Source: Macrostomum lignano | Lineage: Eukaryota | Direction: 5' to 3' | Length of the DNA: 64,000 nt | NCBI GenBank assembly: GCA_002269645.1 | Contig: NIVC01001106.1 | Span: 1-64,000 of the forward strand | Part shown: in pieces, positions 11,925 to 26,102 of the stretch | Layout: each line of letters opens with the position of its first letter | Numbering within the stretch: the stretch's first letter is position 1 | The notes under the pieces: model-generated | Database searches by the model: none | What the model was told of the DNA's origin: nothing | Seen by the model: the letters and a program-made list of their open reading frames with translations, nothing else | Position numbers and translations under genes: made by a program

Positions 11925-14900
11925 TGAGTGCTGAGTGCTGAGTGCCATAGACAGTGTGTGAGCTGAGTACTGAGTGCTGAGTGCCATAGACAGTGTGTGA
12001 GCTGAGTACTGAGTGCTGAGTGCCATAGACAGTGTGTGAGCTGAGTACTGAGTGCTGAGTGCCATAGATAGTGTGAGCTGAGTACTGAGTGCTGAGTGCC
12101 ATAGACAGTGTGTAAGCTGAGTGCCGAGTGTCATAGACAGTGTGTTAACTGAGTGCCGAGTGTCATAGACAGTGTGTTAACTGAGTGCCGAGTGTCATAG
12201 ACAGTGTGTTAACTGAGTGCCGAGTGTCATAGACAGTGTGTTAACTGAGTGCCGAGTGTCATAGACAGTGTGTTAACTGAGTGCCGAGTGTCATAGACAG
12301 TGTGTTAACTGAGTGCCGAGTGTCATAGACAGTGTGTTAACTGAGTGCCGAGTGTCATAGACAGTGTGTTAACTGAGTGCCGAGTGTCATAGACAGTGTG
12401 TTAACTGAGTGCCGAGTGTCATAGACAGTGTGTAAGCTGAGTGCCGAGTGTCATAGACAGTGTGTAAGCTGAGTGCCGAGTGTCATAGACAGTGTGTAAG
12501 CTGAGTGCCGAGTGTCATAGACAGTGTGTTAACTGAGTGCCGAGTGTCATAGACAGTGTGTTAACTGAGTGCCGAGTGTCATAGACAGTGTGTAAGCTGA
12601 GTGCTGAGTGTCATAGACAGTGTGTAAGCTGAGTGCCGAGTGTCATAGACAGTGTGTAAGCTGAGTGCCGAGTGTCATAGACAGTGTGTAAGCTGAGTGC
12701 CGAGTGTCATAGACAGTGTGTTAACTGAGTGCCGAGTGTCATAGACAGTGTGTTAACTGAGTGCCGAGTGTCATAGACAGTGTGTAAGCTGAGTGCCGAG
12801 TGTCATAGACAGTGTGTTAACTGAGTGCCGAGTGTCATAGACAGTGTGTTAACTGAGTGCCGAGTGTCATAGACAGTGTGTTAACTGAGTGCCGAGTGCC
12901 ATAGACAGTGTGTTAACTGAGTGCCGAGTGTCATAGACAGTGTGTTAACTGAGTGCCGAGTGTCATAGACAGTGTGTTAACTGAGTGCCGAGTGTCATAG
13001 ACAGTGTGTTAACTGAGTGCCGAGTGTCATAGACAGTGTGTTAACTGAGTGCCGAGTGTCATAGACAGTGTGTGAGCTGAGTGCCGAGTGTCATAGACAG
13101 TGTGTTAACTGAGTGCCGAGTGTCATAGACAGTGTGTAAGCTGAGTGCCGAGTGTCATAGACAGTGTGTTAACTGAGTGCCGAGTGTCATAGACAGTGTG
13201 TTAACTGAGTGCCGAGTGTCATAGACAGTGTGTTAACTGAGTGCCGAGTGTCATAGACAGTGTGTTAACTGAGTGCCGAGTGTCATAGACAGTGTGTTAA
13301 CTGAGTGCCGAGTGTCATAGACAGTGTGTTAACTGAGTGCCGAGTGTCATAGACAGTGTGTTAACTGAGTGCCGAGTGTCATAGACAGTGTGTTAACTGA
13401 GTGCCGAGTGTCATAGACAGTGTGTTAACTGAGTGCCGAGTGTCATAGACAGTGTGTTAACTGAGTGCCGAGTGTCATAGACAGTGTGTAAGCTGAGTGC
13501 CGAGTGTCATAGACAGTGTGTTAACTGAGTGCCGAGTGTCATAGACAGTGTGTTAACTGAGTGCCGAGTGTCATAGACAGTGTGTTAACTGAGTGCCGAG
13601 TGCCATAGACAGTGTGTTAACTGAGTGCCGAGTGTCATAGACAGTGTGTTAACTGAGTGCCGAGTGTCATAGACAGTGTGTTAACTGAGTGCCGAGTGTC
13701 ATAGACAGTGTGTTAACTGAGTGCCGAGTGTCATAGACAGTGTGTTAACTGAGTGCCGAGTGTCATAGACAGTGTGTGAGCTGAGTGCCGAGTGTCATAG
13801 ACAGTGTGTTAACTGAGTGCCGAGTGTCATAGACAGTGTGTAAGCTGAGTGCCGAGTGTCATAGACAGTGTGTTAACTGAGTGCCGAGTGTCATAGACAG
13901 TGTGTTAACTGAGTGCCGAGTGTCATAGACAGTGTGTTAACTGAGTGCCGAGTGTCATAGACAGTGTGTTAACTGAGTGCCGAGTGCCATAGACAGTGTG
14001 TTAACTGAGTGCCGAGTGTCATAGACAGTGTGTAAGCTGAGTGCTGAGTGCCATAGACAGTGTGTTAACTGAGTGCCGAGTGTCATAGACAGTGTGTAAG
14101 CTGAGTGCTGAGTGTCATAGACAGTGTGTAAGCTGAGTGCCGAGTGTCATAGACAGTGTGTAAGCTGAGTGCCGAGTGTCATAGACAGTGTGTTAACTGA
14201 GTGCCGAGTGTCATAGACAGTGTGTAAGCTGAGTGCCGAGTGTCATAGATAGTGTGAGCTGAGTACTGAGTGCTGAGTGCCATAGACAGTGTGTTAACTG
14301 AGTGCCGAGTGTCATAGACAGTGTGTTAACTGAGTGCCGAGTGTCATAGACAGTGTGTTAACTGAGTGCCGAGTGTCATAGACAGTGTGTTAACTGAGTG
14401 CCGAGTGTCATAGACAGTGTGTTAACTGAGTGCCGAGTGCCATAGACAGTGTGTTAACTGAGTGCCGAGTGTCATAGACAGTGTGTTAACTGAGTGCCGA
14501 GTGTCATAGACAGTGTGTTAACTGAGTGCCGAGTGTCATAGACAGTGTGTAAGCTGAGTGCCGAGTGTCATAGACAGTGTGTTAACTGAGTGCCGAGTGT
14601 CATAGACAGTGTGTTAACTGAGTGCCGAGTGTCATAGACAGTGTGTTAACTGAGTGCCGAGTGTCATAGACAGTGTGTTAACTGAGTGCCGAGTGTCATA
14701 GACAGTGTGTTAACTGAGTGCCGAGTGTCATAGACAGTGTGTTAACTGAGTGCCGAGTGTCATAGACAGTGTGTTAACTGAGTGCCGAGTGTCATAGACA
14801 GTGTGTTAACTGAGTGCCGAGTGTCATAGACAGTGTGTAAGCTGAGTGCCGAGTGTCATAGACAGTGTGTTAACTGAGTGCCGAGTGTCATAGACAGTGT

Positions 14901-15686
14901 GTTAACTGAGTGCCGAGTGTCATAGACAGTGTGTTAACTGAGTGCCGAGTGTCATAGACAGTGTGTTAACTGAGTGCCGAGTGTCATAGACAGTGTGTTA
15001 ACTGAGTGCCGAGTGTCATAGACAGTGTGTTAACTGAGTGCCGAGTGCCATAGACAGTGTGTTAACTGAGTGCCGAGTGTCATAGACAGTGTGTTAACTG
15101 AGTGCCGAGTGTCATAGACAGTGTGTTAACTGAGTGCCGAGTGTCATAGACAGTGTGTTAACTGAGTGCCGAGTGTCATAGACAGTGTGTTAACTGAGTG
15201 CCGAGTGTCATAGACAGTGTGTTAACTGAGTGCCGAGTGTCATAGACAGTGTGTAAGCTGAGTGCCGAGTGTCATAGACAGTGTGTTAACTGAGTGCCGA
15301 GTGTCATAGACAGTGTGTTAACTGAGTGCCGAGTGTCATAGACAGTGTGTTAACTGAGTGCCGAGTGTCATAGACAGTGTGTTAACTGAGTGCCGAGTGT
15401 CATAGACAGTGTGTTAACTGAGTGCCGAGTGTCATAGACAGTGTGTAAGCTGAGTGCCGAGTGTCATAGACAGTGTGTTAACTGAGTGCCGAGTGTCATA
15501 GACAGTGTGTTAACTGAGTGCCGAGTGTCATAGACAGTGTGTTAGCTGAGTGCCGAGTGCCATAGACAGTGTGTTAACTGAGTGCCGAGTGTCATAGACA
15601 GTGTGTTAACTGAGTGCCGAGTGTCATAGACAGTGTGTTAACTGAGTGCCGAGTGTCATAGACAGTGTGTAAGCTGAGTGCTGAGT
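11925..15686. repeat. 32-bp satellite CTGAGTGCCGAGTGTCATAGACAGTGTGTTAA (~3.7 kb)
   Basis: Highly homogeneous 32-bp periodicity with TTAAC/TAAGC variants. Confidence 0.97.
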
Positions 15687-16340
15687 CCTGACTGCCAGTG
15701 AGACCCTATCAAGTCCAAAGCTGGTGCCTGTATTTTCTGCTCCAGAGACAGCCAGGAAGGATTACCGCTCAGCAATGGATGAGATTAAATAAGGATACAA
15801 ACATACACGTAGGGATGGGGTATTAACTCGATTACCGGACAGAGAAACAAGCCCCAACCTCGGAAGTGTGAGATCTCTTCAATCAAAAGTCCTACATGGT
15901 GCATGGATAGCCGCTCTGTCCGCTGTTGCGGTCTAAAAGTAGGACCGTCCCTTAGAGCAACTCGAGGCACCATCAAATGCTTTCACACTAATGGAGACCC
16001 GCGGGCCCTTGCCATCAAGCCCGTAACCTACACCCCAGCAACAGCGAAATCCAATCTCCTGTTGGCTCCTGGTCTCGCGAGCAAAAAGTCGCTTTCGGCA
16101 AGAAGAGAAAAAAAAGCAGAAAGAAGGATGTTGCAGAGAGACGCGGGAAAGTCAAGTTGCCAAAAGTGAGGATTACTTACAAAGAGGAGATTTCGCCCAA
16201 ATGCATTGCTCGATTCGCCTACTCAGCTACAGTTGATCAGCTCTCTCTGTGCTCAATTTTCGAATGTCTCAAACTCATCGATGAGTCACAACTGCAAGCA
16301 TACAGAATTTAGTAGTTAGTCTGATATCAACACTTGAATG

Positions 16341-16912
16341 GTGCCAATTACTGAGTATGAGTGAGGCGCCAATTACTGAGTATGAGTGAGGCGCCAATTA
16401 CTGAGTATGAGTGAGGCGCCAATTACTGAGTATGAGTGAGGCGCCAATTACTGAGTATGAGTGAGGCGCCAATTACTGAGTATGAGTGAGGCGCCAATTA
16501 CTGAGTATGAGTGAGGCGCCAATTACTGAGTATGAGTGAGGCGCCAATTACTGAGTATGAGTGAGGCGCCAATTACTGGGTATGAGTGAGGTGCCAATTA
16601 CTGAGTATGAGTGAGGCGCCAATTACTGGGTATGAGTGAGGTGCCAATTACTGAGTATGAGTGAGGCGCCAATTACTGAGTATGAGTGAGGCGCCAATTA
16701 CTGAGTATGAGTGAGGCGCCAATTACTGAGTATGAGTGAGGCGCCAATTACTGAGTATGAGTGAGGCGCCAATTACTGAGTATGAGTGAGGTGCCGAAAT
16801 TTAAGTAGGATTGGCGCCGAAACTTGAGTAGGATTGGCGCCGAAACTTGAGTAGGATTGGCGCCGAAACTTGAGTAGGATTGGCGCCGAAACTTGAGTAG
16901 AAGTGAGGCGCC
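16341..16912. repeat. 25-bp array (GAGGCGCCAATTACTGAGTATGAGT) followed by a 23-bp array (GGCGCCGAAACTTGAGTAGGATT)
   Basis: Units read directly. Confidence 0.92.
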
Positions 16913-16937
16913 GAATATTGAGCTGAAAAGCGGGTTC

Positions 16938-17128
16938 AGGGGGCAGACAAACTTGGCTCAAGGGGGAGACAAAATGGCTTCAGGAGGCAGACAAACTTGG
17001 CTCAAGGGGGAGACAAAATGGCTTCAGGGGGGCAGACAAACTTGGCTCAAGGGGGAGACAAAATGGCTTCAGGGGGCAGACAAACTTGGCTCAAGGGGAA
17101 GACAAAATGGCTTCAGGGGGCAGACAAA
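16938..17128. repeat. 44-45-bp tandem repeat (GGGGCAGACAAACTTGGCTCAAGGGGGAGACAAAATGGCTTCA), ~4 copies
   Basis: ACTTGGCTCA recurs at 16951, 16995, 17040 and 17084. Confidence 0.9.
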
Positions 17129-17667
17129 CTACAGGCCAGAGGGAGTGCCAATAAATATTTCTTACAAACAGAACAGTTACATGCACTTTGTGCTGCCAAA
17201 ATTTCAGGCACTAATACCCTATTATAATGGACAATAATAAAGTCAAGCTACGAAAACCGTTGTGCCCTACTGACAGTAAAGTAGTTAGCAAAAACTGCGC
17301 CATTTTATTGTCACAAAAGCGGGAAAATTTCTGCAGTCAGTTAATTTCAGACAGGAAAGAAAATGTCTTTTAGCAGCGCAATTTGTAGCGGTTGGAGGCA
17401 TTTGCTACCCTTAGCAACTGCGGTTCCACTTAAAGGGGACTTATAAATCAGTCAAATTTGACAGGCCTCGGCCATTAGGTAGCGTTGCCGCTGTTGAAAT
17501 TGAAACAGATGGCTTGAGGGGTGGAGCAAAGTGACCCGCGTGGCAGGCTTTTAACGCTGCCCTTCCAGGCGGCGGCGAAGGACGCAACAAAGCTTTGTTG
17601 GGCATCCTGGACTGACTGATGCGCTGGAGACTGCGTGATGACTACGGGAATTCAGCTTTTCACTGCC

Positions 17668-19010
17668 TGCTTGCCTGTCTGTCTTAGTGTCTGTATGTCT
17701 TAGTGTCTTAGTGTCTGTGTGTCTGTCTTTCTGTCTGTCTGTCTTAGTGTCTGTGTGTCTGTCTTTCTGTCTGTCTTAGTGTCTTAGTGTCTGTGTGTCT
17801 GTCTTTCTGTCTGTCTGTCTTAGTGTCTGTGTGTCTGTCTTTCTGTCTTTCTGTCTGTCTGTCTTAGTGTCTGTGTGTCTGTCTTTCTGTCTGTATGTCT
17901 TAGTGTCTTAGTGTCTGTGTGTCTGTCTTTCTGTCTGTCTGTCTTAGTGTCTGTGTGTCTGTCTTTCTGTATGTCTTAGTGTCTTAGTGTCTGTGTGTCT
18001 GTCTTTCTGTCTGTCTATGTGTCTTAGTGTCTGTCTGTCTTTCTGTCGGTCTTAGTGTCTTAGTGTCTGTGTGTCTGTCTTTCTGTCTGTCTTAGTGTCT
18101 TAGTGTCTGTGTGTCTGTCTTTCTGTCTGTCTTAGTGTCTTAGTGTCTGTCTGTCTGTCTGTCTGTCTTAGTGTCTTAGTTTCTGTGTGTCTTTCTGTCT
18201 GTCTTAGTGTCTTAGTGTCTTTGTGTCTGTCTTTCTGTCTGTCTGTCTTAGTGTCTGTGTGTCTGTCTTTCTGTATGTCTTAGTGTCTTAGTGTCTGTGT
18301 GTCTGTCTTTCTGTCTGTCTGTCTTAGTGTCTGTGTGTCTGTCTTTCTGTCTGTCTTAGTGTCTTAGTGTCTGTGTGTCTGTCTTTCTGTCTGTCTTAGT
18401 GTCTTAGTGTCTGTCTGTCTGTCTGTCTGTCTTAGTGTCTTAGTGTCTGTGTGTCTTTCTGTCTGTCTTAGTGTCTTAGTGTCTGTGTGTCTGTCTTTCT
18501 GTCTGTCTGTCTTAGTGTCTGTGTGTCTGTCTTTCTGTCTGTCTTAGTGTCTTAGTGTCTGTGTGTCTGTCTTTCTGTCTGTCTGTCTTAGTGTCTGTGT
18601 GTCTGTCTTTCTGTCTGTCTTAGTGTCTTAGTGTCTGTGTGTCTGTCTTTCTGTCTGTCTTAGTGTCTTAGTGTCTGTCTGTCTGTCTGTCTGTCTTAGT
18701 GTCTTAGTGTCTGTGTGTCTGTCTTTCTGTCTGTCTTAGTGTCTTAGTGTCTGTCTGTCTGTCTGTCTGTCTTAGTGTCTTAGTTTCTGTGTGTCTTTCT
18801 GTCTGTCTTAGTGTCTTAGTGTCTTAGTGTCTGTCTTTCTGTCTGTCTGTCTTAGTGTCTGTGTGTCTGTCTTTCGGTCTGTCTTAGTGTCTTAGTGTCT
18901 GTCTGTCTGTCTGTCTGTCTTTCTGTCTGTCTATGTGTCTTAGTGTCTGTCTGTCTTTCTGTCGGTCTTAGTGTCTTAGTGTCTGTCCGTCTGTCTGTCT
19001 TTCTGTCTTT
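17668..19010. repeat. Compound microsatellite (GTCT)n / GTCTTAGT / GTGT
   Basis: Read directly. Confidence 0.95.
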
Positions 19011-19234
19011 CGAAGTTCTATTCACAACTTATTTCTTGCCTTTAGCAGACGTTATCATTGGCTTATTTGCTTAATCTCTCGGGCCATCTTTCTCTAAATC
19101 CCGTCTACGTTCTGTTTCTGAATTCACAATTTTTTTTCACTGGCGCCACGCAGCTGTCAGTCAAGATAGCGCAGGCGCCACCAGTTCCAGATCTTCCAGA
19201 TCAAGTGCTGCCCGAACTACCCGAGTGTTTGGCC

Positions 19235-19965
<731 letters not shown>

Positions 19966-20869
19966 CTGAAACTTCTCTCCCCTCTTTCTTTCGCAGCAGC
20001 AGCAACTTTCGCAGCAGCTGAGCAATGCTGTGCTTATTCTTCATCATTGGCCTATAAGCAGTTTTATGGTCCGAGCGCTATGGCTCGAGTGTCTACCCGT
20101 ATCATTTTCATTTTTTTTATCTTCGACCCAGAAAAAAACTTGATCCGTCCGTCTCAAAGCGTTTGAATAGAATATAATCTCACAATTCCCCCAGAAATCT
20201 GCCAGAAGAATCTTGGATTTTTTCAAGCCGAAAATAACCGGAGGAAGAGGAGGAACAGAATGCTCAGCTGAGCAGCCAGTGCAGATCTCGAGATGCCCTT
20301 GATTAATGCCATGCTCTGTCCCTCACTGCTCCCCCGTCCCCCTGCCTAATGAAGCCACGGGTGGAGATCGATTCAAATTCTGCTGCTACGGGAGCATATC
20401 GGGATTGGTAAGAATTGGGATGAGAGTTTGGCAGCCGGACCAACTACGCCTATAGTTTTGCACTCGTAAAAAAATATTTTATGTGCATTTCCCGAAAATG
20501 TCAGCGAACTGGGAAGTGACCATGGGAGATCCTGGCAGGGGAGGCTGCGAGATAAGATAGATGAAGGCGTGGAAGAGTTAAGTGCAAAAAAACTGTCGCG
20601 AAAATTGTAGAAAAATACAACAGCAGATCTTCTGGTCCGTCTTTTCGTTCTGACTAATTAATTATTAATGATTTTCTAAACCCTGCAAGAAATGATAAGC
20701 AATTAAAATGCACATTGGACAGGCAAAAACTAATTGGCCCTATCAGTAGTGACAAAACTCAAAGAAGTGCACCCAACACCTAGAGCATCGCCACACGAAA
20801 TGCATAGCGGAAAGGGGATAGATATGAAGGGGATAAATATAAGAGTGGGTGGGCTGTAATAGACAAGGA

Positions 20870-21575
20870 TGGGAGATGAGGGGAGAGAAGAGAAAAGATA
20901 GAGGAGAAAGGGAGAAGGGAGGGGAGGGGTGAGAGGTGAGAGGTGAGTAGAGAGGAGAAAGGGGAAAAAGAGGGGAGGAGAGAGGAGAGAGGGGAGGAGA
21001 GAGGAGAGAGGGGAGGAGAGAGGAGAAAGGGGAGGAGAGAGGGGAGGAGAGAGGAGAAAGGGGAGGAGAGAGGGGAGGAGAGAGGAGAGAGGAGAGAGGA
21101 GAGAGGAGAGAGGAGAGAGGAGAGAGGAGAGAGAGAGAGGAGAGAGAGAGAGGAGAGAGGAGAGAGGAGAGAGGAGAGAGGAGAGAGGAGAGAGGAGAGA
21201 GGAGAGAGGAGAGAGGAGAGAGAGAGAGAGGAGAGAGAGGGAGAGAGGAGAGAGGAGAGAGGAGAGAGGAGAGAGGAGAGAGAAGAGAGGAGAGAGAGAG
21301 AGGAGAGAGGAGAGAGGAGAGAGGAGAGAGAGGAGAGAGGAGAGAGGAGAGAGGAGAGAGGAGAGAGAGGAGAGAGGAGAGAGAGGAGAGAGAGGAGAGA
21401 GGAGAGAGGAGAGAGGAGAGAGGAGAGAGGAGAGAGGAGAGAGAAGAGAGGAGAGAGGAGAGAGGAGAGAGGAGAGAGGAGAGAGAGAGAGAGGAGAGAG
21501 AGAGAGAGGAGAGAGGAGAGAGGAGAGAGAGGAGAGAGAGGAGAGAGGAGAGAGGAGAGAAGAGAAGGATAGAGA
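20870..21575. repeat. Polypurine (GGAGA/GAGA)n tract
   Basis: Almost exclusively G and A. Confidence 0.95.
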
Positions 21576-22104
21576 GAGTAGGTGTTGTAGGGAAAGGGTG
21601 ATGATAAGAAAGATGGAGCCAGAGAGGAAAGAAAAGTGCAGGGAAGAAATGAAGACTTACTCATAATGCGAGCTGTAATAAAGCAAAAACTCAATTTGAA
21701 GTCGCCCAGCGGTTGCCACAGAGACCAGAGTGTTCTAACAAAAGGTAGCAAAGGTAGAGAAAAAAATCAGAAATACTAAATCAAGACAGTTTTGGGCGAC
21801 AAGAAACTGGAGGAGAAGACAATTCAGACAGTTATTTTGCTAGATAAAGACATCAATGGGCAGCTTTGATGTCCATCCCGTACTGCATGCTACAAGCTCA
21901 CAAGCGAACTGCAATAGCGCAAGCCTGCAGGGCTTCAATGGGAACGGCAAGGCTGTTTAAAGCTAAAATATAAAGCTAAAAGACTTTTTCTAAACAGCCA
22001 GAGGACTTGCGGCCGGAGCGTGTACCGATTCTGGCGCAGATTTGAATCCATTTTAACTGAATTCATCAATTCCCGCTGAGCTCAGACACTTGGACTCCGT
22101 TCGA

Positions 22105-22770
22105 TCCAGTGTTCTCCCTTTCCCTCCCTCTCCTCCCTTTCCATCCCTCTCCTCCCTTTCCCTCCCTCTCCTCCCTTTCCCTCCCTCTCCTCCCTTTCCC
22201 TCCCTCTCCTCCCTTTCCCTCCCTCTCCTCCCTTTCCCTCCCTCTCCTCCCTTGCTCTCCCTCTCTTCTCTTTCCCTCCCTCTCCTCCCTTTCCCTCCCT
22301 CTCCTCCCTTGCTCTCCCTCTCCTCCCTTTCCCTCCCTCTCCTCCCTTTCCCTCCCTCTCCTCCCTTTCTCTCCCTCTCCTCCCTTTCCCTCCCTCTCCT
22401 CCCTTGCTCTCCCTCTCTTCTCTTGCTCTCCTTCTCCTCCATTTCCCTCCCTCTCCTCCCTTGCTCTCCCTCTCCTCCCTTTCCCTCCCTCTCCTCCCTT
22501 TCCCTCCCTCTCCTCCCTTTCCCTCCCTCTCCTCCCTTGCTCTCCCTCTCTTCTCTTGCTCTCCTTCTCCTCCATTTCCCTCCCTCTCCTCCCTTGCTCT
22601 CCCTCTCCTCCCTTTCCCTCCCTCTCCTCCCTTTCCCTCCCTCTCCTCCCTTTCCCTCCCTCTCTTCTCTTGCTCTCCCTCTCTCGTCTATCCTCTCTAT
22701 TCTATCATCTTTCCTCTCCTCACTGCTTCACCTCTCCGTCCTTCCCTCCCTCTCTCCAGCCCTCTCATTC
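22105..22770. repeat. Polypyrimidine (CCCTCCCTCTCCTCCCTTT)n-like tract
   Basis: Almost exclusively C and T. Confidence 0.92.
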
Positions 22771-23327
22771 TCTCACTTGATTTCCTGGGCCGAAACGAAC
22801 TAAAAAGTGTGTAAACTAATAAAAGTACATTTCATTTCCAGATGCAAGTTGAGGCATCGCATTGACAATTCCATCCACTGCCAATGCCAATGGCTGAGGC
22901 CAAAACAGAAGCAGGACGCGAGAAGCCAATCAAAGAAGCCAGCGATTCCAATAGGGCAAGAATTTAGCAGAAGCAGCAGGCAGAGGCAGAAGCAATACAA
23001 GAAGCAGAAGAGAGGGGAGATGAGTTGAAAGTAGCTGAATTCTGTCAAATCTATCGACCTGTGCTCAAGACTCCTCTGCTCTGGCTCTCGGAACAAAAAC
23101 GGTCGTCTTCACTAATTGGCCCTTCTTTAAATAAGAGACGCATGCACTCTTTTAGGAGCAGCAAGTCAAGGAGGTGAGGCTGAATCTTCCATTTGTCGGC
23201 TGGTATTGAGTATTGAGTATCTGAATAGGCTGAATTGAGAACTTTGAACTGAAGCGAGAATTCAAACCCTTTTTAGAAATAGAAAAATCTCCAACCGTTT
23301 GGAGTAGCGCGATTGCTGACTTCTCAT

Positions 23328-24020
23328 TTTCTCACCTTCTCTCTCCCTTTCTCCCCCCTCTATCTCCTCTTTCCGTCTCACTTTCTCCCCTCTCTCCCCT
23401 CTCTCCCCTCTCCCCCTCTCACTCTCTTCCCTCTCTCCCCTCTCTCCCCTCTCTCCCCTCTCTCCCCTCTCACTCTCTCACTCTCTCCCTCTCTCCCCTC
23501 TCCCCCTCTCACTCTCTCCCCTCTCTCCCCTCTCCCCCTCTCACTCTCTCCTCTCTCTCCCCTCTCCCCCTCTCACTCTCTGCCCTCTCTCCCCTCTCCC
23601 CCTCTCACTCTCTCCTCTCTCTCCCTCTCCCCTCTCACTCTCTCCCTCTCTCCCCTCTCCCCCTCTCACTCTCTCACTCTCTCCCCTCTCTCCCCTCTCC
23701 CCCTCTCACTCTCTCCCCTCTCTCCCCTCTCCCCCTCTCACTCTCTCCTCTCTCTCCCCTCTCCCCCTCTCACTCTCTCCCTCTCTCCCCTCTCCCCCTC
23801 TCACTCTCTCCTCTCTTTCCCCTCTCCCCCTCTCACTCTCTCCCCTCTCTCCCCTCTCCCCTCTCACTCTCTCCTCTCTCTCCCCTCTCCCCTCTCACTC
23901 TCTCCCCTCTCTCCCCTCTCCCCCTCTCACTCTCTCCCCTCTCTCCCCTCTCCCCCTCTCACTCTCTCCTCTCTCTCCCCTCTCTCCCCTCTCTTCCTTC
24001 TCTCCCCTCTCCCTCTCTTC
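23328..24020. repeat. Polypyrimidine (CTCTCCC/CTCACT)n tract
   Basis: Read directly. Confidence 0.92.
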
Positions 24021-24393
24021 TCGTTTGTACAGCGACTTAATCTAAATAATTTTTGCTGTACTTTTACCCTTTTTCATTTCTCTTCTCAAGAAAACTTTCG
24101 CACAAGTGTGCTGTTAAGTTTTGAAAGCATTCAATTCTACTCGTAAGAATAAAAGCATATCAGGTTAGCAAGAGCTTCTACTGCACAAGAAGTCTTTATT
24201 TACTGCTGGATTTGAGACATCTATTGAGTTAAACACAGCTCAGTTCCTCAGTGGTTGGCAAAAGTTCAACTGTTTTACCCGCTGACAGAATGGCCAGTGT
24301 CCCAGTGGGAAAGGAAACGGCACGGCTGTATCGGATGGCAACTGGGAAAAAGGATGGGGCTAGAGACGGACTCTGCAGGAATGCGCCAGAAAC

Positions 24394-24394
<1 letters not shown>

Positions 24395-24476
<82 letters not shown>
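24395..24476. repeat. (GA)n microsatellite
   Basis: Read directly. Confidence 0.97.
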
Positions 24477-24482
<6 letters not shown>

Positions 24483-25089
24483 AGGGAACAGTATGAGAGC
24501 AATTGCTGGCATCCTATTTCCTGAGTATTTTCTGCTCTGGGCTCTCTGCACACTGTTTTACTCCGGCACTTAGTTTTTAGTTTTCACCTGGCTGCGTTTC
24601 CCAGCTCTCAGTTTCTGTTGCTAAGGTAAACGCCGCCTCTCGCGCTACGCGACCCCTTGGTTCGATTTTCCGTGCGCTGGCACATTAGTCGGGTCTTGTC
24701 CCGTACACCCTGTGTGAGCGGTGTGCATGAGCGCGTGCCCGCGTACTGCATTGGCGCGCTGCTTTAAAAAAAGAGAAACAGAACGAATGAGCAGCAGCTC
24801 GTGTCCTTTGCTCGGGCTCCGTGTGCCAACCCACGGTCCACCGGCGCTGTCCGCTCGATTATCCCAGCAGGCAGCCCTGCTGGGATATCCCCAGGCGACC
24901 CTCCCAGCCTCTCGAAGGACGGCATCAATCGATAAAGAAAATAGCAAGGAAAGAGACAGCATAGGCTTCTTTCTTTTACTATAGAAATGCATAGGTGCAC
25001 AATAATAAGCTTGAAGTTTCTCGGGTGGGGGCCCCACACTTGTTATGCCTAATTTGAGGCGCCAACTTAGGGTGCTAAACTGGAGGACT

Positions 25090-25212
25090 CCGGAGTCACG
25101 ACTCAGGGGTCAGGGCTCAGGGGGTCAGGAGATCAGGGAGTCAGGGTTCAGGGGGTCAGGACTCAGGACTCAGTGGGTCAGGACTCAGGGGGTCAGGACT
25201 CAGGGGTCATGA
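25090..25212. repeat. Short degenerate GGACTCAGG(G) repeat
   Basis: Recurring TCAGGG/GACTCAG words. Confidence 0.7.
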
Positions 25213-25734
25213 GTACTCACTAATAAGGAGTACACCTTTTCTGTTAGGCACTTTACAACCTACCAAGCGTTAGAAGCTGATGAAGAAAGCGGTCCACCTG
25301 GGTTGTAATTAATGAAATGAGTCAACCGAACGGCAGGAGCAGTGAGAGTCCCGCTGACCATAATATTTTAATGCCAATATTGTTCTTGAATTTGGGGGGG
25401 GGGGTAGCTGACCCTTTGACTCCCCGTTCACTGATCTTCAAAATGAAAGTTTATTAAAAGCTTTATTAGTAGCTGTATCCGAACTTCGCATAACTAGCGC
25501 AATAGATATTGCTACTGCTGGCTGCCAAAGACTCCCCCATAATTGCCTGCGTGAGAATTTTTTCCGGGCTGCCTGCTGCCACCCACCCCACCCACCCCAG
25601 CCCCTACGATAGAAAATTGGAAAAGCTCTTCTCAGTCCACTTGGCCTCAACACCATCCAGGGAGCGTTTGACACTTGGACTGGAAACTTGACAGGTCGAT
25701 TTTATAATCACTAAGGGCGGATTAATAAAGTTTC

Positions 25735-26102
25735 GGATTAGTGAATTTTGGTATTAGTGAAGTTTAGGATTAGTGAAGTTTAGGATTAGTGAAGTTTAGG
25801 ATTAGTGAAGTTAAGGATTAGTGAAGTTTAGGATTAGTGAAGTTTAGGATTAGTGAAGTTAAGGATTAGTGAAGTTAAGGATTGATGAAGTTTAAGATTA
25901 GTGAAGTTAAGGATTAGTGAAGTTTAGGATTAGTGAAGTTAAGGATTAGTGAAGTTTAGGATTAGTGAAGTTTAGGATTAGTGAAGTTAAGGATTAGTGA
26001 AGTTAAGGATTGATGAAGTTTAAGATTAGTGAAGTTAAGGATTAGTGAAGTTTAGGATTAGTGAAGTTTAGGATTGGTGAAGTTAAGGATTGATGAAGTT
26101 TA
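25735..26102. repeat. 16-bp minisatellite GGATTAGTGAAGTT(T/A)A just upstream of the sulfotransferase gene
   Basis: Units read directly, ~22 copies. Confidence 0.93.

Noticed and set aside
20780-24553. Leu/Ser/Pro-rich and Glu/Arg-rich ORFs
   Set aside because: Translations of GA/CT microsatellite tracts.
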